Program-made: the position numbers and the translations under genes
The notes under the pieces: generated by a model
The model's input: only the letters and a program-made list of their open reading frames with translations
Databases searched by the model: none
Told to the model about the DNA's origin: nothing
Virus record (IMG/VR): IMGVR_UViG_2049941000_000050
Strand: one strand, 5' to 3'
DNA length: 64,000 nt
From: an uncultured virus (IMG/VR IMGVR_UViG_2049941000_000050)
Lineage: Duplodnaviria; Heunggongvirae; Uroviricota; Caudoviricetes
Shown: piece by piece, positions 21,961 to 33,818 of the stretch
How positions within the stretch are numbered: position 1 is the first letter of the stretch
Layout of the letters: the number at the start of each line of letters is the position of its first letter

Positions 21961-23746
21961 AAGGGAAAAAACTATGAAAGACAAGGAATACGAAAATCTC
22001 CGAAGAGACGAGGAACTCCAGAAGTCGAGAATCCTCAACGCGAAAAAAACCATATCGAGTAGTCTGTGTTCGCTCGAGCGAAGCGTCGACGAGATAAAGT
22101 GGGCTTGCCAAGCCTCGAATTGGAACGACGATGTGATTTACCTCATCGAGGATGCCAACCTTAAACTGGGATATGCCCTCGCGACCCTCGAAATGTGGTT
22201 CGAGTTCGAAGACGAGGAGCCGAAAGAAAAAGAAAATGATTAGCTTGTCTGAAACGGTCTCGATGGAATGCCCGGGCGAGGAGTGGTCCCCCGAAAAAAA
22301 GCAGTCGGTTGCCAATCTGGCGAGAACCTTCTCGGTGAAGGTGCGGTACAACTATTGCGCCGGGAGAAAAACGAGAATCGTTTTGACCGGAAGGGGAATC
22401 GACATCGGTCGTTTTCTCGAAACGGAGCGGAGACTGAAAGGAGAATACGAAGATGGAAATCTCGAGTAATGCAAATAAGGTTATGAATGCCAGAATCGAA
22501 AAAATAGGTCTTTTCTACGCCAGGCACAGCCGTGAACTCCGGTTGAAAATGGAACTCGACCTTTCGAATGGATGGTCGGCGCAGGTTTTCCTTCCGATGA
22601 AAGATGTCGAGGAGTTTGCCCTGATGATGGCGAAATACTTTTCGGAGAATATTGAGGACGGGGCTTATCTCGAAGATTTGACCGGGAAAATCATCAGCGT
22701 AAAATTTTCCGGGGACGGCACGACGTTCGAGGCAATCGGCGGTCCGCTTTCCCAAGAGAAGGATTTCATAAAACTTTCAGACCGATGACGCCGAAAGTTT
22801 TCAAGTCGAGATACGAGTCCGTCAGAAGAGACGCGGCAAAACTGAGAAAAGAGATTTCCCCGTTTCTCAGGAAAATGGACAGAATCGGGGAGAAGGCGGA
22901 CAGTCTTCTTTCCGACCTGAGGAGAGACGGTCTTAAACCGGAGAAATGGGACGAGAAAGTCCTTCTGGCTCTGGAGGGGTTGTGTCTCGGTGAAGAAATA
23001 ACCGACATCTCGGACGCGCTGGAATACGCTGAAAAAACCGGGTTTGAAATCAACGAAGAGAAAAAAAATGCCAATAAAAAACATACTGTACATAACCACG
23101 TTTAATGACGGTACGCCGCGTCTTCACGTAACCGAATCGCTGGAAAAGGTCAGGGAATGTTGTAAGGTGTGGCTAAGAGAAAATAAAAATGCCTTTATGC
23201 CTCTGTCGCGGATTGCGTCCATTCAGGGTAAACGGGGGGTGTGGCTAAGAGACGATAAAAATGTCGGGTTTGTGGGAAAATTTGAAATCACACTTCCGTC
23301 CACGACGGTGTTCGCAAAGACGGACGAAAGCGGAATGTATACCAAACTGAAAACATTAACTATCGGGTTTTCGGAACCGAAATTGGAAAACGCCGAAGAT
23401 TTGGAACAGCAGTTTCAATCGACTCCCACAGGAATTGGGTCGCTTAGGACTTTTTTGAGGCTTTCGTGCGAAGACATTTTTCTGGGTAAAATATTTTTCG
23501 ATTTTCCGATAACGTTTGTTCCGGATACGGAGAAACCGTTTCTTTGTGACTANNNNNNNNNNNNNNNNNNNNNNNNNNNNNNNNNTACGGGTACGTTTAC
23601 AATAAATCTTTCAAGTCAATTGTGTATAAAGACCAGAACGGAACTCTCAGTTTTGAGAACTCGCTGATGAATAGTTTTGTTGGGGATTCAAAAGAAGAGA
23701 TAACGAGACTGGTTTTTAAGAGATACGGTGAAGAGGGGATACTCTG

Positions 23747-24151
23747 ATGAGACTTTGGCCTCTTTCGATTTTGAAACAGCTTCCCAGACAACAACTCCTC
23801 GGACAGCATAGGGAGTGTTGCGCGTTGAGGGGGCTCGGATGGGGAAAGAAGCACAGCGTGGTCGACTACGTTTTCCGGCACCCGCGTTTCTTTCTATACG
23901 AGTACCACAGTAAGATAATCTCGGAAATGGAGAGAAGGGGTTATAAAGCCGACCCGGTCTGGAAAGATTCATCCTACCGTGGGAAAAGAATCGGGAAAGA
24001 TTTTTCACTCGACACGTCTCTGAAATCGCCGTTCCCGGAGATATATCCCGAACACGACTTCTCGTATCTGAACGAGTGCGTCGAGAACCTAGAAAGAAAA
24101 GGGGTAAAAATTAACCGGGATTTTCTTGACAAAAATGGGGTTTCCGAATAA
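23747..24151 (+). CDS. pyrimidine-dimer DNA glycosylase-like protein (TIGR02328-type)
   Basis: MRLW...LPRQQLLGQHRECCALRG.GWGKKH..VDYVF. Confidence 0.85.
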   Translation: MRLWPLSILKQLPRQQLLGQHRECCALRGLGWGKKHSVVDYVFRHPRFFLYEYHSKIISEMERRGYKADPVWKDSSYRGKRIGKDFSLDTSLKSPFPEIYPEHDFSYLNECVENLERKGVKINRDFLDKNGVSE

Positions 24152-24161
24152 AATACCCGCC

Positions 24162-25310
24162 ATGAAAAACGAACTGTCAGTTTTAAGATTCATCAGTGAA
24201 CACCCGTCCAACTGGGAAAAGCTCCTATCCGAAAGCCCGTATTTTCTAAAAATAACCAGGGATTCCATTTTCGGGAAAAACCTAGTCATGTTGAAATACG
24301 ACCAACAGGAGTCCGATTTTTCGGAACCAATTGTGAGGGAGTGCCGCGGGCTGATTTTAGACGCGGACACGCTCGAGGTGGTAAGCTTCCCCTTCACGAA
24401 ATTCTTCAACTACGGGGAACAGCACGCGGTTGAAATCGACTGGAATACCGCCCACTGCGAGGAAAAAATAGACGGTTCGTTAATCAAGGTTGTCAATCTC
24501 GGGGAGAACCGTTTCCTAATCTCGACCAACGGGACAATAGACGCTTCCAAGTGCGAAATCACAAACATAGTAATGTCCCCGTTCAAAACCTACGGGGAAA
24601 TGGTTAAGGAAGGGTTCAAACACTACGGTCTGACCGAAAAGGATTTCCCGAGGCTGTTCAGACCCGGTTTCACCTACATGTTCGAGATAACATCCCCGTA
24701 CAACCACATCGTGGTGAAATACGATGAGACGAAGCTGTCTTTTTTGGGGATGAGAAACAACTCCACATTTGAGGAGACTTTTTTCCGGGATTCGGAACTT
24801 TCCGAAATTTTTAACACCCCGGAAATTTACCCCCTCAAGAATATCGACCAGTGCGTTTCCGCCGCCGAAAAACTCGGCGAGGACAAAGAAGGATTCGTTG
24901 TCTGCGACAGGAATTTTAACCGGATAAAGGTAAAGTCGCCGATGTACGTCGCCCTTTCTCACCTGAGGTGCAACGGTTCGCTCTCGCACGAGCGGGCTTT
25001 GGAAATCGTCAGGAAAAACGAAATCGGCGAAGTCGTCAATTATTTCCCGGAATTTGAGAAACCGCTTCAGACGGTCAAATCCGACTACGAAAGCCTTGTC
25101 TCGGACCTGGAAGCCAGGTGGGGGGATTTTCTCCGAAAAGGAAAGGGGCTTTCCGAGAGAAAAGACCGTGCGAAACTGGTCGGGGAAATTTTCAGGGAAC
25201 TTTTTTACGTCGGGTTTCTCCTTTTGGACGGGAAAACCGAATCGGTCAGAAACTGGGCGGAAACGGTTTCTTTGAAAAAACTGTGTAGAATCTTAGGGTA
25301 CAAGGAATAA
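24162..25310 (+). CDS. T4 Rnl1-like RNA ligase
   Basis: ECRGLI, KFFN, motif I EKIDGS, YMFE, EGFVV, RIKVK. Confidence 0.88.
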   Translation: MKNELSVLRFISEHPSNWEKLLSESPYFLKITRDSIFGKNLVMLKYDQQESDFSEPIVRECRGLILDADTLEVVSFPFTKFFNYGEQHAVEIDWNTAHCEEKIDGSLIKVVNLGENRFLISTNGTIDASKCEITNIVMSPFKTYGEMVKEGFKHYGLTEKDFPRLFRPGFTYMFEITSPYNHIVVKYDETKLSFLGMRNNSTFEETFFRDSELSEIFNTPEIYPLKNIDQCVSAAEKLGEDKEGFVVCDRNFNRIKVKSPMYVALSHLRCNGSLSHERALEIVRKNEIGEVVNYFPEFEKPLQTVKSDYESLVSDLEARWGDFLRKGKGLSERKDRAKLVGEIFRELFYVGFLLLDGKTESVRNWAETVSLKKLCRILGYKE

Positions 25311-25613
25311 AAAATTATGAAAAATTACATCACCGTTTCGGAATTGATAGCGAAACTGGAAAAAATGGGCGACGATTTTTGGAAGAAAAACTCCGTCGTC
25401 AGGATTATGGACAAGAATGACAATGGAGTTATAGACCACGTCGAGGATTTTGACATACGTTATAACGCGGGGTCGCTCGATATTTTTGTTGATATTCCAA
25501 AAGATGGTTTCGATTGGGATGATTCCGACGACGATTTTGACGACGATTCTAACGACGGCTAATTAGACGCGTCGGTCTTAACAAAAAAAAGTTCTGTTTA
25601 GAACCTCGCCATT

Positions 25614-25644
25614 AAAAAAGCGACCTTTTAAAGGTCGCTTTTTT
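25614..25644. terminator. bidirectional intrinsic terminator
   Basis: AAAAAAGCGACCTTT-T-AAAGGTCGCTTTTTT between convergent genes. Confidence 0.8.
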
Positions 25645-25656
25645 AATTCACAAATA

Positions 25657-26519
25657 TATTAAGAAATAACATAAAGATTTCCGAACGATTCCGAGGAACG
25701 CAACTCTTCCATGGCTTTGTCGAATTCCTCTTTTCCCTCGTCGCCTATGCTGGTGTCGATTGTTCCGCCGCCAATTAGCTGGACGGAACCGAACTTCTTC
25801 CTGACTGTTCCCAGCTAGATTTTCAGCAAAGCGAGAAACAGTCTCTTCACGTATTCGTTTCCGTAAAGCTCTTCCGGCGGCGGCTCGATTTCGCACGTAA
25901 CCAGAATGACATTGTCCCGGTCGGGAAAAAGTCTCGGTTCCGGAATTATCTTCAGTATTTTCGTACTCCTGAAATACCGGTATTGGGGAACGGAACCGGT
26001 AAGGCGGTTAATCATTTCCAAATGCTCGTGAAGATTGTGCAGACCGACCCAGGAACCGTTCGGTGTTCCGACGCTGTTAAAGAACGGGAATATGCCGTTT
26101 CCGGCGTAAGACTGCATCAACGCCCCGGTTCCGAAAAAGAGGTCGTTCCCGTATCCGTAAAGAAGGGCGTCCCTTCTGAACGAAATGTCGTGGATATCGG
26201 CTATGTTATACTCAGAGAGGTCGATTCCCTTTCCGGGAACGTAACCGTTCAGGTTGACGAGTATGTCCTGGACCTCAAACGACGCATATTTGGTGTACTT
26301 CTCGATGGCGTCCGCCGCGCATACCTCAATCATTTTCTTCGACAGCTCGACATTTACCAAACCGCCGTCGTCATCGTCCGCCTCTCCCCCGAGTTTGGTC
26401 AATCCCCAGGCGACCAAATCGTCGAAGCTTTTGATGTACGGGTGGAGGTAAGAGGACCGCTGGATTTCTTTTTCTTTCCGCTCTTTCTGAATTTCGTTTG
26501 GCTCGTTTTGCATACTCAC
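25657..26519 (-). CDS. T4 gp13-like neck protein, read through TAG at 25815-25817
   Basis: LG..VNVEL near the N-terminus. After LALLKI* the frame continues LGTVRKKFGSVQLIGGGTID...LYVIS-TAA, matching the gp13 K.QWG..KF..VQLPGG pattern. The terminal TAA lies near 25659, so the left coordinate is approximate. Confidence 0.8.
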
Positions 26520-26618
26520 AGCCTTTCCGTTAAGAAATATTTACCCTNNNNNNNNNNNNNNNNNNNNNNNNNNNNNNNNNNNNNNNNNNNNNNNNNNNNN
26601 NNNNNNNNNNNNNNNNNN

Positions 26619-26919
26619 TCAGATATTTTATGAACCCGCTGTTTTGTCTAGGAATAACTTTAAATAAAAACCGATACGCGGTTTTACAGTCCATTCTCTC
26701 CAGGGAAAGCTGGTTTTCGAGAACCGCTTTCCTAACAGAGGGGTCCCTGGACATCGACAGATACCTCAACAGCACAACTTTTTTGAAATCCGTCTCAAAA
26801 CCGTCCTCCGAAAGGTGTTTGAGCATAAGCTCGCGGTTTTTCGTCGCGAGAATGTTGTCAAGGTACGCGAAAATGTTCCGGTTCTTGAACGTTTTCTGTT
26901 TCGGCTTGTTCTCTTCCAT
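26619..26919 (-). CDS. clamp-loader small subunit-like (T4 gp62-like); C-terminus in gap
   Basis: IFAYLDNI..K, LRYLSM, Y.FL..IP..FIKY; adjacent to the clamp-loader large subunit. Confidence 0.6.
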
Positions 26920-26935
26920 ATCGGGTTTCTGCGGT

Positions 26936-27259
26936 TCATTTTACGGGAATCACCCCGATGTCGTCGATTTCCGAAGACCGGTCAAACATTTCGTCCGGCT
27001 CGTGTTTCACGAAACGCTCCCCATTCGGTTGGTACTCTCGCAGGCGTTCTATTTCAAAATCGATATACTGCTTCGCCTTTTCCAGGTCTTCAATCGGGTT
27101 CCATTTTTTCTCATACCTGGACAGATACTTAATCGCGGAGCCGATGTTGAAGTTACACCCCCAAGCCTCGATTACGCGGTAGGGTTCGTAGGTTTTGTCT
27201 CCCGTGTCGTAGTGGGAAGGGTGATGGACCATTTCATTTCCGTTCTTATTCTTTTTCAT
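26936..27259 (-). CDS. DUF3310 / T7 gp1.7-like nucleotide kinase-type protein
   Basis: VHHPSHY...F..G.AIKY..R..KK...EDLEKA..Y. Confidence 0.85.
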   Translation of the reverse strand: MKKNKNGNEMVHHPSHYDTGDKTYEPYRVIEAWGCNFNIGSAIKYLSRYEKKWNPIEDLEKAKQYIDFEIERLREYQPNGERFVKHEPDEMFDRSSEIDDIGVIPVK

Positions 27260-28211
27260 AATCTTTAATTTCCTCGTTTAAAATCGTCAGCAACGCGAAA
27301 AACTGTATTTCCGGGTCGATTACCTCGTTCATCTGGTAAATCGTGTCGCTCATTTTTAGAACCGTTTCCGGTTTTTTTACCATGCCGCCGTCGAGCGCGG
27401 CGTTGAATACCGCGCCGCCGAAAACTTTGTAGTCGTCGATTTTCGACCTGTTTTTCAGGTAGAACTCCCGCATCGAAAGAAGGTCTTTCGACGTTTTGAC
27501 GCGCTCGAGAAGTTCAGAGAGAAAATCGCGGTCGAAATTTTTGCACTGGGTTTCCGAGACAACCAATTCCCCGGAGGAACACGACGCCTGAAGAACGGAA
27601 ATTATTCTGCGGATGTCGGGATAGTTCGTCTTTATGACGTTTTCGACAAACTTCATCAGCGACTCTTTCCCGTATTTTATCCCCTTGGCATCGAGAATGT
27701 GCTTTATCCTTCTCAGGAGGTTTTTCCCGGTGAAACCGAGGCTGACCACCCCGAGCCTGGAGCGGACCGGCTCGATTACCTTCTCGACGTAGTTGCACGT
27801 TCCCACGAACATCGTGTCCGGGGATTCGCTGATTATGTTCCTGAGGGTTTTCTGGAAAGAGTTGTCCTGGGTTCCGGAAGCCGAATCCAGCTCGTCGAGG
27901 ATAACCATCTTCGGTCTCCCGTCGAACGCGGAAGAATCGCAGAAATCCTTCAGTTTCCCCTGCGCGGTGGAAACCGTGCCCTCGATGGCGCACGGGACAA
28001 AAAGGACGCTGGCGTTCAGTTCTCTCGCTAGAAGCTTGGCGATGGTGGTTTTTCCGATTCCCGCCGACCCGGCGAGAAGAACGTTGAAACGGCTTTTTGA
28101 CTCGACCAGGTTCTTGAAATAATCCGCCAGCTGGTCGGAAAGAACCATGTCCGAAATTTTTTTCGGCGCGAACTCCTCGGTCCAAAAATCGTTAAGCTCT
28201 GTCGTTTCCAT
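27246..28211 (-). CDS. clamp-loader AAA+ subunit (T4 gp44/RFC-like)
   Basis: WTEEFAP, GSAGIGKTT, ILDELD, SR, YPDIRR. Confidence 0.92.
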   Translation of the reverse strand: METTELNDFWTEEFAPKKISDMVLSDQLADYFKNLVESKSRFNVLLAGSAGIGKTTIAKLLARELNASVLFVPCAIEGTVSTAQGKLKDFCDSSAFDGRPKMVILDELDSASGTQDNSFQKTLRNIISESPDTMFVGTCNYVEKVIEPVRSRLGVVSLGFTGKNLLRRIKHILDAKGIKYGKESLMKFVENVIKTNYPDIRRIISVLQASCSSGELVVSETQCKNFDRDFLSELLERVKTSKDLLSMREFYLKNRSKIDDYKVFGGAVFNAALDGGMVKKPETVLKMSDTIYQMNEVIDPEIQFFALLTILNEEIKDYEKE

Positions 28212-31200
28212 CGGTTTCGTTCTTCTTCTCAATCTCGATTAGTTTCCGCATTTTCTCCGGGTCGAACTCCCCGACGTTAATTCCGGCTTCGAGAAGCGCG
28301 GAATATTTCATGTATTCGTCGGAAACGCGCCACTCGGCATCCGGAAGGACAAGATATTTTTCACAGTCGGAAATCGCCGCCATGGTGTCCGGGTCTTTTA
28401 TTTTCTTTCCCCCCTCGGAAACTACCGGATACCATTTCGAGTCTTCCTCGGAAAAAATGTCTGTTTCAATAAGCTTGATGTTTGGAAAATCATCTTCCGG
28501 GTACTCTTTCTCCATCGTGTCCAGTCCCGCGAAAAAAACCTCGTCGTAAGTCAGAGAGGTTTCATCTTTTCCCCCGTCAAGCGAAATCTCAAATTCCTCC
28601 GTAAAGATTTTCTTGTGCGAAGGAGCGAGTTTGAACTTTATTCTAAATTTGATGTTTTTCATGGTTTACCATATCATATTATATGAGCGAGGTATCTATG
28701 ATGCTTGACATTAGCAACTTTTTTGACGAAGACCGTCTCATTTCCGTACGACAGACCGTTCCATAGTTGGAAATCATTTTCGGAACCAGATATACGTATT
28801 CCGATTCGTCCTGTTCCTTTTTCCGCTTCTTCTCCCCCTTCTCAACCTCTTTCATATCCAGCCCGTTTTCCCCGACGAATCTGTTCAGGAACGAGCGGAC
28901 CTCCGACGCGTGTCTGGACTTGAATACCGTTTTTAAAACGGGATGTAGGTTGTGACGGGAATTCCCGGACAGAGTTTCGACTTTGAACCCAAAATCGAAA
29001 ATGGCTTCCTCCACATTCTGGAGGAAAGGAACATCATTCCTGTCACAAACCGTGGGAACCGACAATATAATAAACTCCCTCCGTTTTGTGGTAAAAAAGA
29101 ATTTCGTTAATTTTGGGGCGTCCATTACATTGTCCACGTCGTTGAATGCCGGGGACGTTTTCTCACGGCTCCTGTAATACGCCTCGATTCTTGCGATTCT
29201 GTCAAAATCCGCGAAGACAAAAAACAAGTTTCTGAACCTTTCGTCGTTGTCGTCAAAGAAGACCTTTCTGACCGCCGATACGGTTTTTTCAACAATGTCC
29301 GACCTCAGTCCCTCCCAGTTGTGATATCTCATAAAATCCGCCAATTCGAAAATCGTCAAACCGAACAGTTTTTCGGTGTTCATAGCCTCGGCTATTTTTT
29401 CCCGTGCGTCGGTTAGGACCCGCTGTCTTTCCCAGAGGGTGGATTCGATGCTTGCGTTGATTTCCCAAAGCTTTTTCTCCAAGTCGAATATCACGCTCTT
29501 TTTGGTATCAGTCATTGCAAAAAATCTCCCACTTAAATTCCCTGTTAGACAGTCTGACCGAAAATTTGACGGTTCCGCCGCACAGACCCTCGGTTTCGAT
29601 AACCGCGTCGTACGGTTTATGACTGGGGTATTCCGGTATACCATCCGCCAACAGGTCAAACATGTCATCTTCAATTTCACGTGTGATATCCGGGAGCGAA
29701 GAGAGGTCGCCGTGGTCGTTTAGGGCTTTGAATATCGTCTCGTGGCTGACAGAACAAACTCCCACTTTCCCACGGACGGTTTCCAATTCAACGACTTCGT
29801 TTCTGAAGTCGAGCGCGTATATCGTCAGTTTACAATCGACTAGCATATCCTCTCCACAAACTCGTATGTTGAACAATTGACAGCGTGGTCGTAATCCGCG
29901 ACCAATGCGCGTACTGCCTTTCTCAAGACCCCCATGTCGGTCGTCGAGCAGAACTCGTGGTAGTAGTCATTTTTGTGGACGTAAACCCTGTATCGGAAAA
30001 ACGGGTCGTACTCGAACGCCTCCGTTTTACTGGGCTTAAGCTTGAACGAGATAGATACCGTGAACTGTTTGTTTTCGGGGGTCAGGAACAGGTATTCGGT
30101 TTCCGAGACGTTCAGAGTTTCGGACGAGGTTATGTTGGTGTTGAAGTAAAACCCGACCAGCATCAGATTTTTGGAAAGATTTCTGTCCTTCTTTGAAAAC
30201 ATTATCGGCAGAATTTCCCCGAGCCGTTCGGAAACTTTTTCCCGGGATGATTTCACCGTAAGGTTTATTGTTTTATAAGTCTCCCTCGCCGTGTCGAAAA
30301 GCGTCAATTTCGGGACGAATTTTTCAGACATACTTCCACTCCCCCCTTTCACTATTAACCTTTACCCATTTCATACACCCGAAAATCGGCTCCGTCTCCA
30401 AAACTAAGGAAAACATGGTATCGAGACTGAATAAGCTCAAACCGAACACCTTTTTCAGCATCGAATACCTCGAGTTGAAAAACGTCATGTCAAACTGCGG
30501 CATCTCGGATAAATCCCCGCTTATGTTCGCGTTAAAGGCGGATTTTACAAACTCCTCCCGTTTTTTGGAGCGCGAAATGTCCGCTACCCCGCTGATGACT
30601 CGGACCGACGGGGTTCCGTCCGCGTTGAACCCGCTTATGGTCAAAGTCATCGCTATTTTATTACAACTCTTATTCTTCATCAAAGTGTTCTCCGTTTTCT
30701 CTCAAGACCTTATTCTTTCTTAGTTTGTTTCTCGTCTCAAAAAACAGGTTGGTCGACTCAGAGTCGATAATCCCAAACCCCCAACAGAGGGACAAAAATT
30801 TGTCGTACCATTTCTCACCGCCGAAGTTTCTCAGTATAAACCCGGCAAGCGAGGAAGCGAAATCCCGGCTGTGGTCCGTCAAATTCTCGTAATACGCGTA
30901 ATAAACCGCTTCGCCGAACTCCGTCTTCTTTCCCGGAATGTCCCACAGTTCGCGGTGGTCGTTAAGAAAAGAAAACAGCTTCCGCGTGAAATCGCCGTTG
31001 TCGATGCTCGCCGCGAAACCGAGAAGCTGAACGAGATACCCAATCCCCCAGGATTCGAAATTCTCCTTCAGCGGGAAATTCTCGGGGACGCCGCACACCG
31101 AGAGTTTCAGCTTTATTTCCGGGAACCTCATCTTCTTGTTGTAATCGAGAATTTTCAGTATTTCCGACAACGGTCCGTCCGGGTCGGCGTACTCGAGCGA

Positions 31201-31274
31201 CTTCTCCACGCAAAACTCGTAAAACTTCTGTTTCGTCATAACACGGGACATTCTATTAAATCCGGTTGCGGTTG

Positions 31275-32117
31275 TCAAGTTGTTTTCTGGCAGGATTCCA
31301 TCTTTTCTAGAATCTCCGACATTCTAATCGGCTTGTAGCCGATTCTCTCAACACAGGCGCAGAAGGTGTTCCTTGTGAAATCGCGGTACATCTCCATGTT
31401 GTGGACATGCCCGTAGATGTTCGCGTAAACGTCCCCGGTCCGAATCCATTGTAGCGGGGCGTGGCTCATTATGAAGAAATTCGAGACTATCATCGGCTTG
31501 TCGTAAACGCGGTGGAAACCGATGTTGTAATAATCTCTCATTTTAAGTCGGTCGTGGTTTCCCATGACAAGGTCGATTTTGCCGTTCAATCTCGAGAACA
31601 CCGTTTCCAGGCGTTTTCTGTTCCCGAACGAAAAGTCCCCGAGGTGAATAACCCTGTCGTTGGCCCCGACCACGGAGTTCCAGTTCTCAATCAGCCTCTC
31701 GTTCATTTCTTCAACGTCCCTGAACGGGCGGTCGCAGTACTTTATGATGTTGCCGTGGGAAAAGTGCGTGTCCGAAATGACGAAAAGATTCCCGACGTTC
31801 CTCGGGTCGCGGTTAAAATTGGTCAGGACAAAAACCACCGACTTGGCGACTTGGGAAACGTCGTCGACCGGTCGGACAAGGTTGTTCGGGAACATTTTCA
31901 TAAACCCACTGTCGTCCGAAATCACGGCGAACGAGCCGATATCCGAGTTGTCGTTCAGAAACTCCCTCACCTCGCCGACCCCAAATTTGTCAATCGACAT
32001 GCTGGTTTTCTTCCCGAGCGGAAGCACAAAATAAAAATCTTCTAACCCCTCTTTCTCGAGAAGCGGAATCAAAGACTCGATTAATCTGTCATTGTCGCTG
32101 AAAATAACGTTTCTCAT
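31275..32117 (-). CDS. calcineurin-like metallophosphoesterase
   Basis: SDTHFSH, HLGD, GNHD, SH.P, GHVH. Confidence 0.9.
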   Translation of the reverse strand: MRNVIFSDNDRLIESLIPLLEKEGLEDFYFVLPLGKKTSMSIDKFGVGEVREFLNDNSDIGSFAVISDDSGFMKMFPNNLVRPVDDVSQVAKSVVFVLTNFNRDPRNVGNLFVISDTHFSHGNIIKYCDRPFRDVEEMNERLIENWNSVVGANDRVIHLGDFSFGNRKRLETVFSRLNGKIDLVMGNHDRLKMRDYYNIGFHRVYDKPMIVSNFFIMSHAPLQWIRTGDVYANIYGHVHNMEMYRDFTRNTFCACVERIGYKPIRMSEILEKMESCQKTT

Positions 32118-33818
32118 TCGTACTCCTCTAGAATCTTTTCAATCTTCGGAAAAACCGTCTCGAGGATTCCGTCCGCCGCGTTCGCGAGCCTGTTCAGAAA
32201 CGGGCGGATTTTACAGATTTGCGAAAACACGGAATTTAGAAAAATCTCTCTTTTTCCGGGATTTTCCGCGAATATGTCCGGGGTAATCTTTCCGGAAATT
32301 TTGTTCAGGAAAAGCTGTTCCTCGCCGTCCCACCCGGAAAGTTCCGTGAACAGGACGTAGTTGCTGATGTGGTAGTAGTTTCTCCAAAACGGTAAAGGCT
32401 CCTCCCGGCAGTAAAGCTCTATCTTGTTTCCGAACGGGAACGCGCAGGTCAAGTCGTGCATAATTTTGTAAAACCGACTCGATAAAAAAATAGAATACGG
32501 TTCGATTACGCTCACGATTCTCGAGAATATCCCGAAGTTTTCCGTAAAATCGATGACAAAATTGTAGGAGTTGTAATTGCCGTATCTGTTCGGGGGCATT
32601 ATTAAGAGAAAGAGATAATTCGTCCCGTCGGGAAACGTTCCGTAGTTTTCAAGCTTCTCGTTTATGTCGAATTTTCTGGTCGGAACGTTGGAAATGGTTC
32701 TATTCTTACTGACACATTCCTCGTATCCTTCTGCGTAGTATCTGTGGTTGATTTTAACGTTGCGGCTCATTTTCCCTTTCCTCCTTAAAAAAAGTCCCAA
32801 TTCTCTCAAAGAACTGGGACGCATTTTAAACTACGGGATTCAAAATGTCAAGCAGTTTCGTCAAAAAAAAATCAACTATCCATCCACGTTAATAGAATCG
32901 GGCTGTCCCTATCGATGTAGTTCTCGATTTTATTCAGCGCGTAATCCACGTCGGTTATGAATTTTTTAAGCTCAACGAGAAAATGGTCGACGTCTTCCCT
33001 GGCGAATTTCGAGGAAAATGCGTTTTTGAAATTCTCCCCCGGAAATAGGGAGAGGAAAAGTTTTTTATCCTTAATAGCCTCGGAATACTCTTCCACACTA
33101 TCATTGAAATCATCCCATCTGCACCACATTTTCGTATGGATGTCAATGGAATCCAGCAGTTTGGCAAACGGGTTTTCGGACAGAAAAACCGGCCACCCCG
33201 GGTTAAGACAGGTCAACGGGGGAAAATCAGAACGGGCGAAATTCCCGAAAAGACCGAGACCGGTGTCTAATGGCTCCGGGATTCTGTACCCGTACGAATG
33301 GAAATCCTCGAAGAACGCGGTCAGTGGAACCAATTTCCCCTCGGTTCTCAGATGCACGAAAATTTTAGAATGGAGCGAGCACGACATCCGTTATTCCTCT
33401 CTCAATTTCCACTTAATGTGTATTTTCGGGTTTCCCTCTCCGGTGAACATTATGTTGTTTTCGGTATCTGGGGTTTGGCGAATTACTTCCACCAACTCCC
33501 TGATTTTATCAATGAACCTGAGCGATTCGTTGTTCTTCTTCGCCAGATTCCCAAATTCCTCTGGGGAAACGTTCCCAAGTTTAGAAGCTTCTTCCGGGGA
33601 AAGGTCTCCGGGTTCAAAAACCTCCCTTGGTGCAAGCGGGCACATTTTTTCATAAAGTGTTTCGAACATTCCGTCTTCTCCAAAAAAATCAGTGGTCTCG
33701 GTTTCGGAGCGGAGAGTTCTTGTCAGCGTTCCACAGTCTATGACTCTATTTTTCATTTTTTATTGGTGTTGCGAGTTGGCTCTTTTGGGGTATGGGTAAG
33801 TTTTGTTCATATTATTTT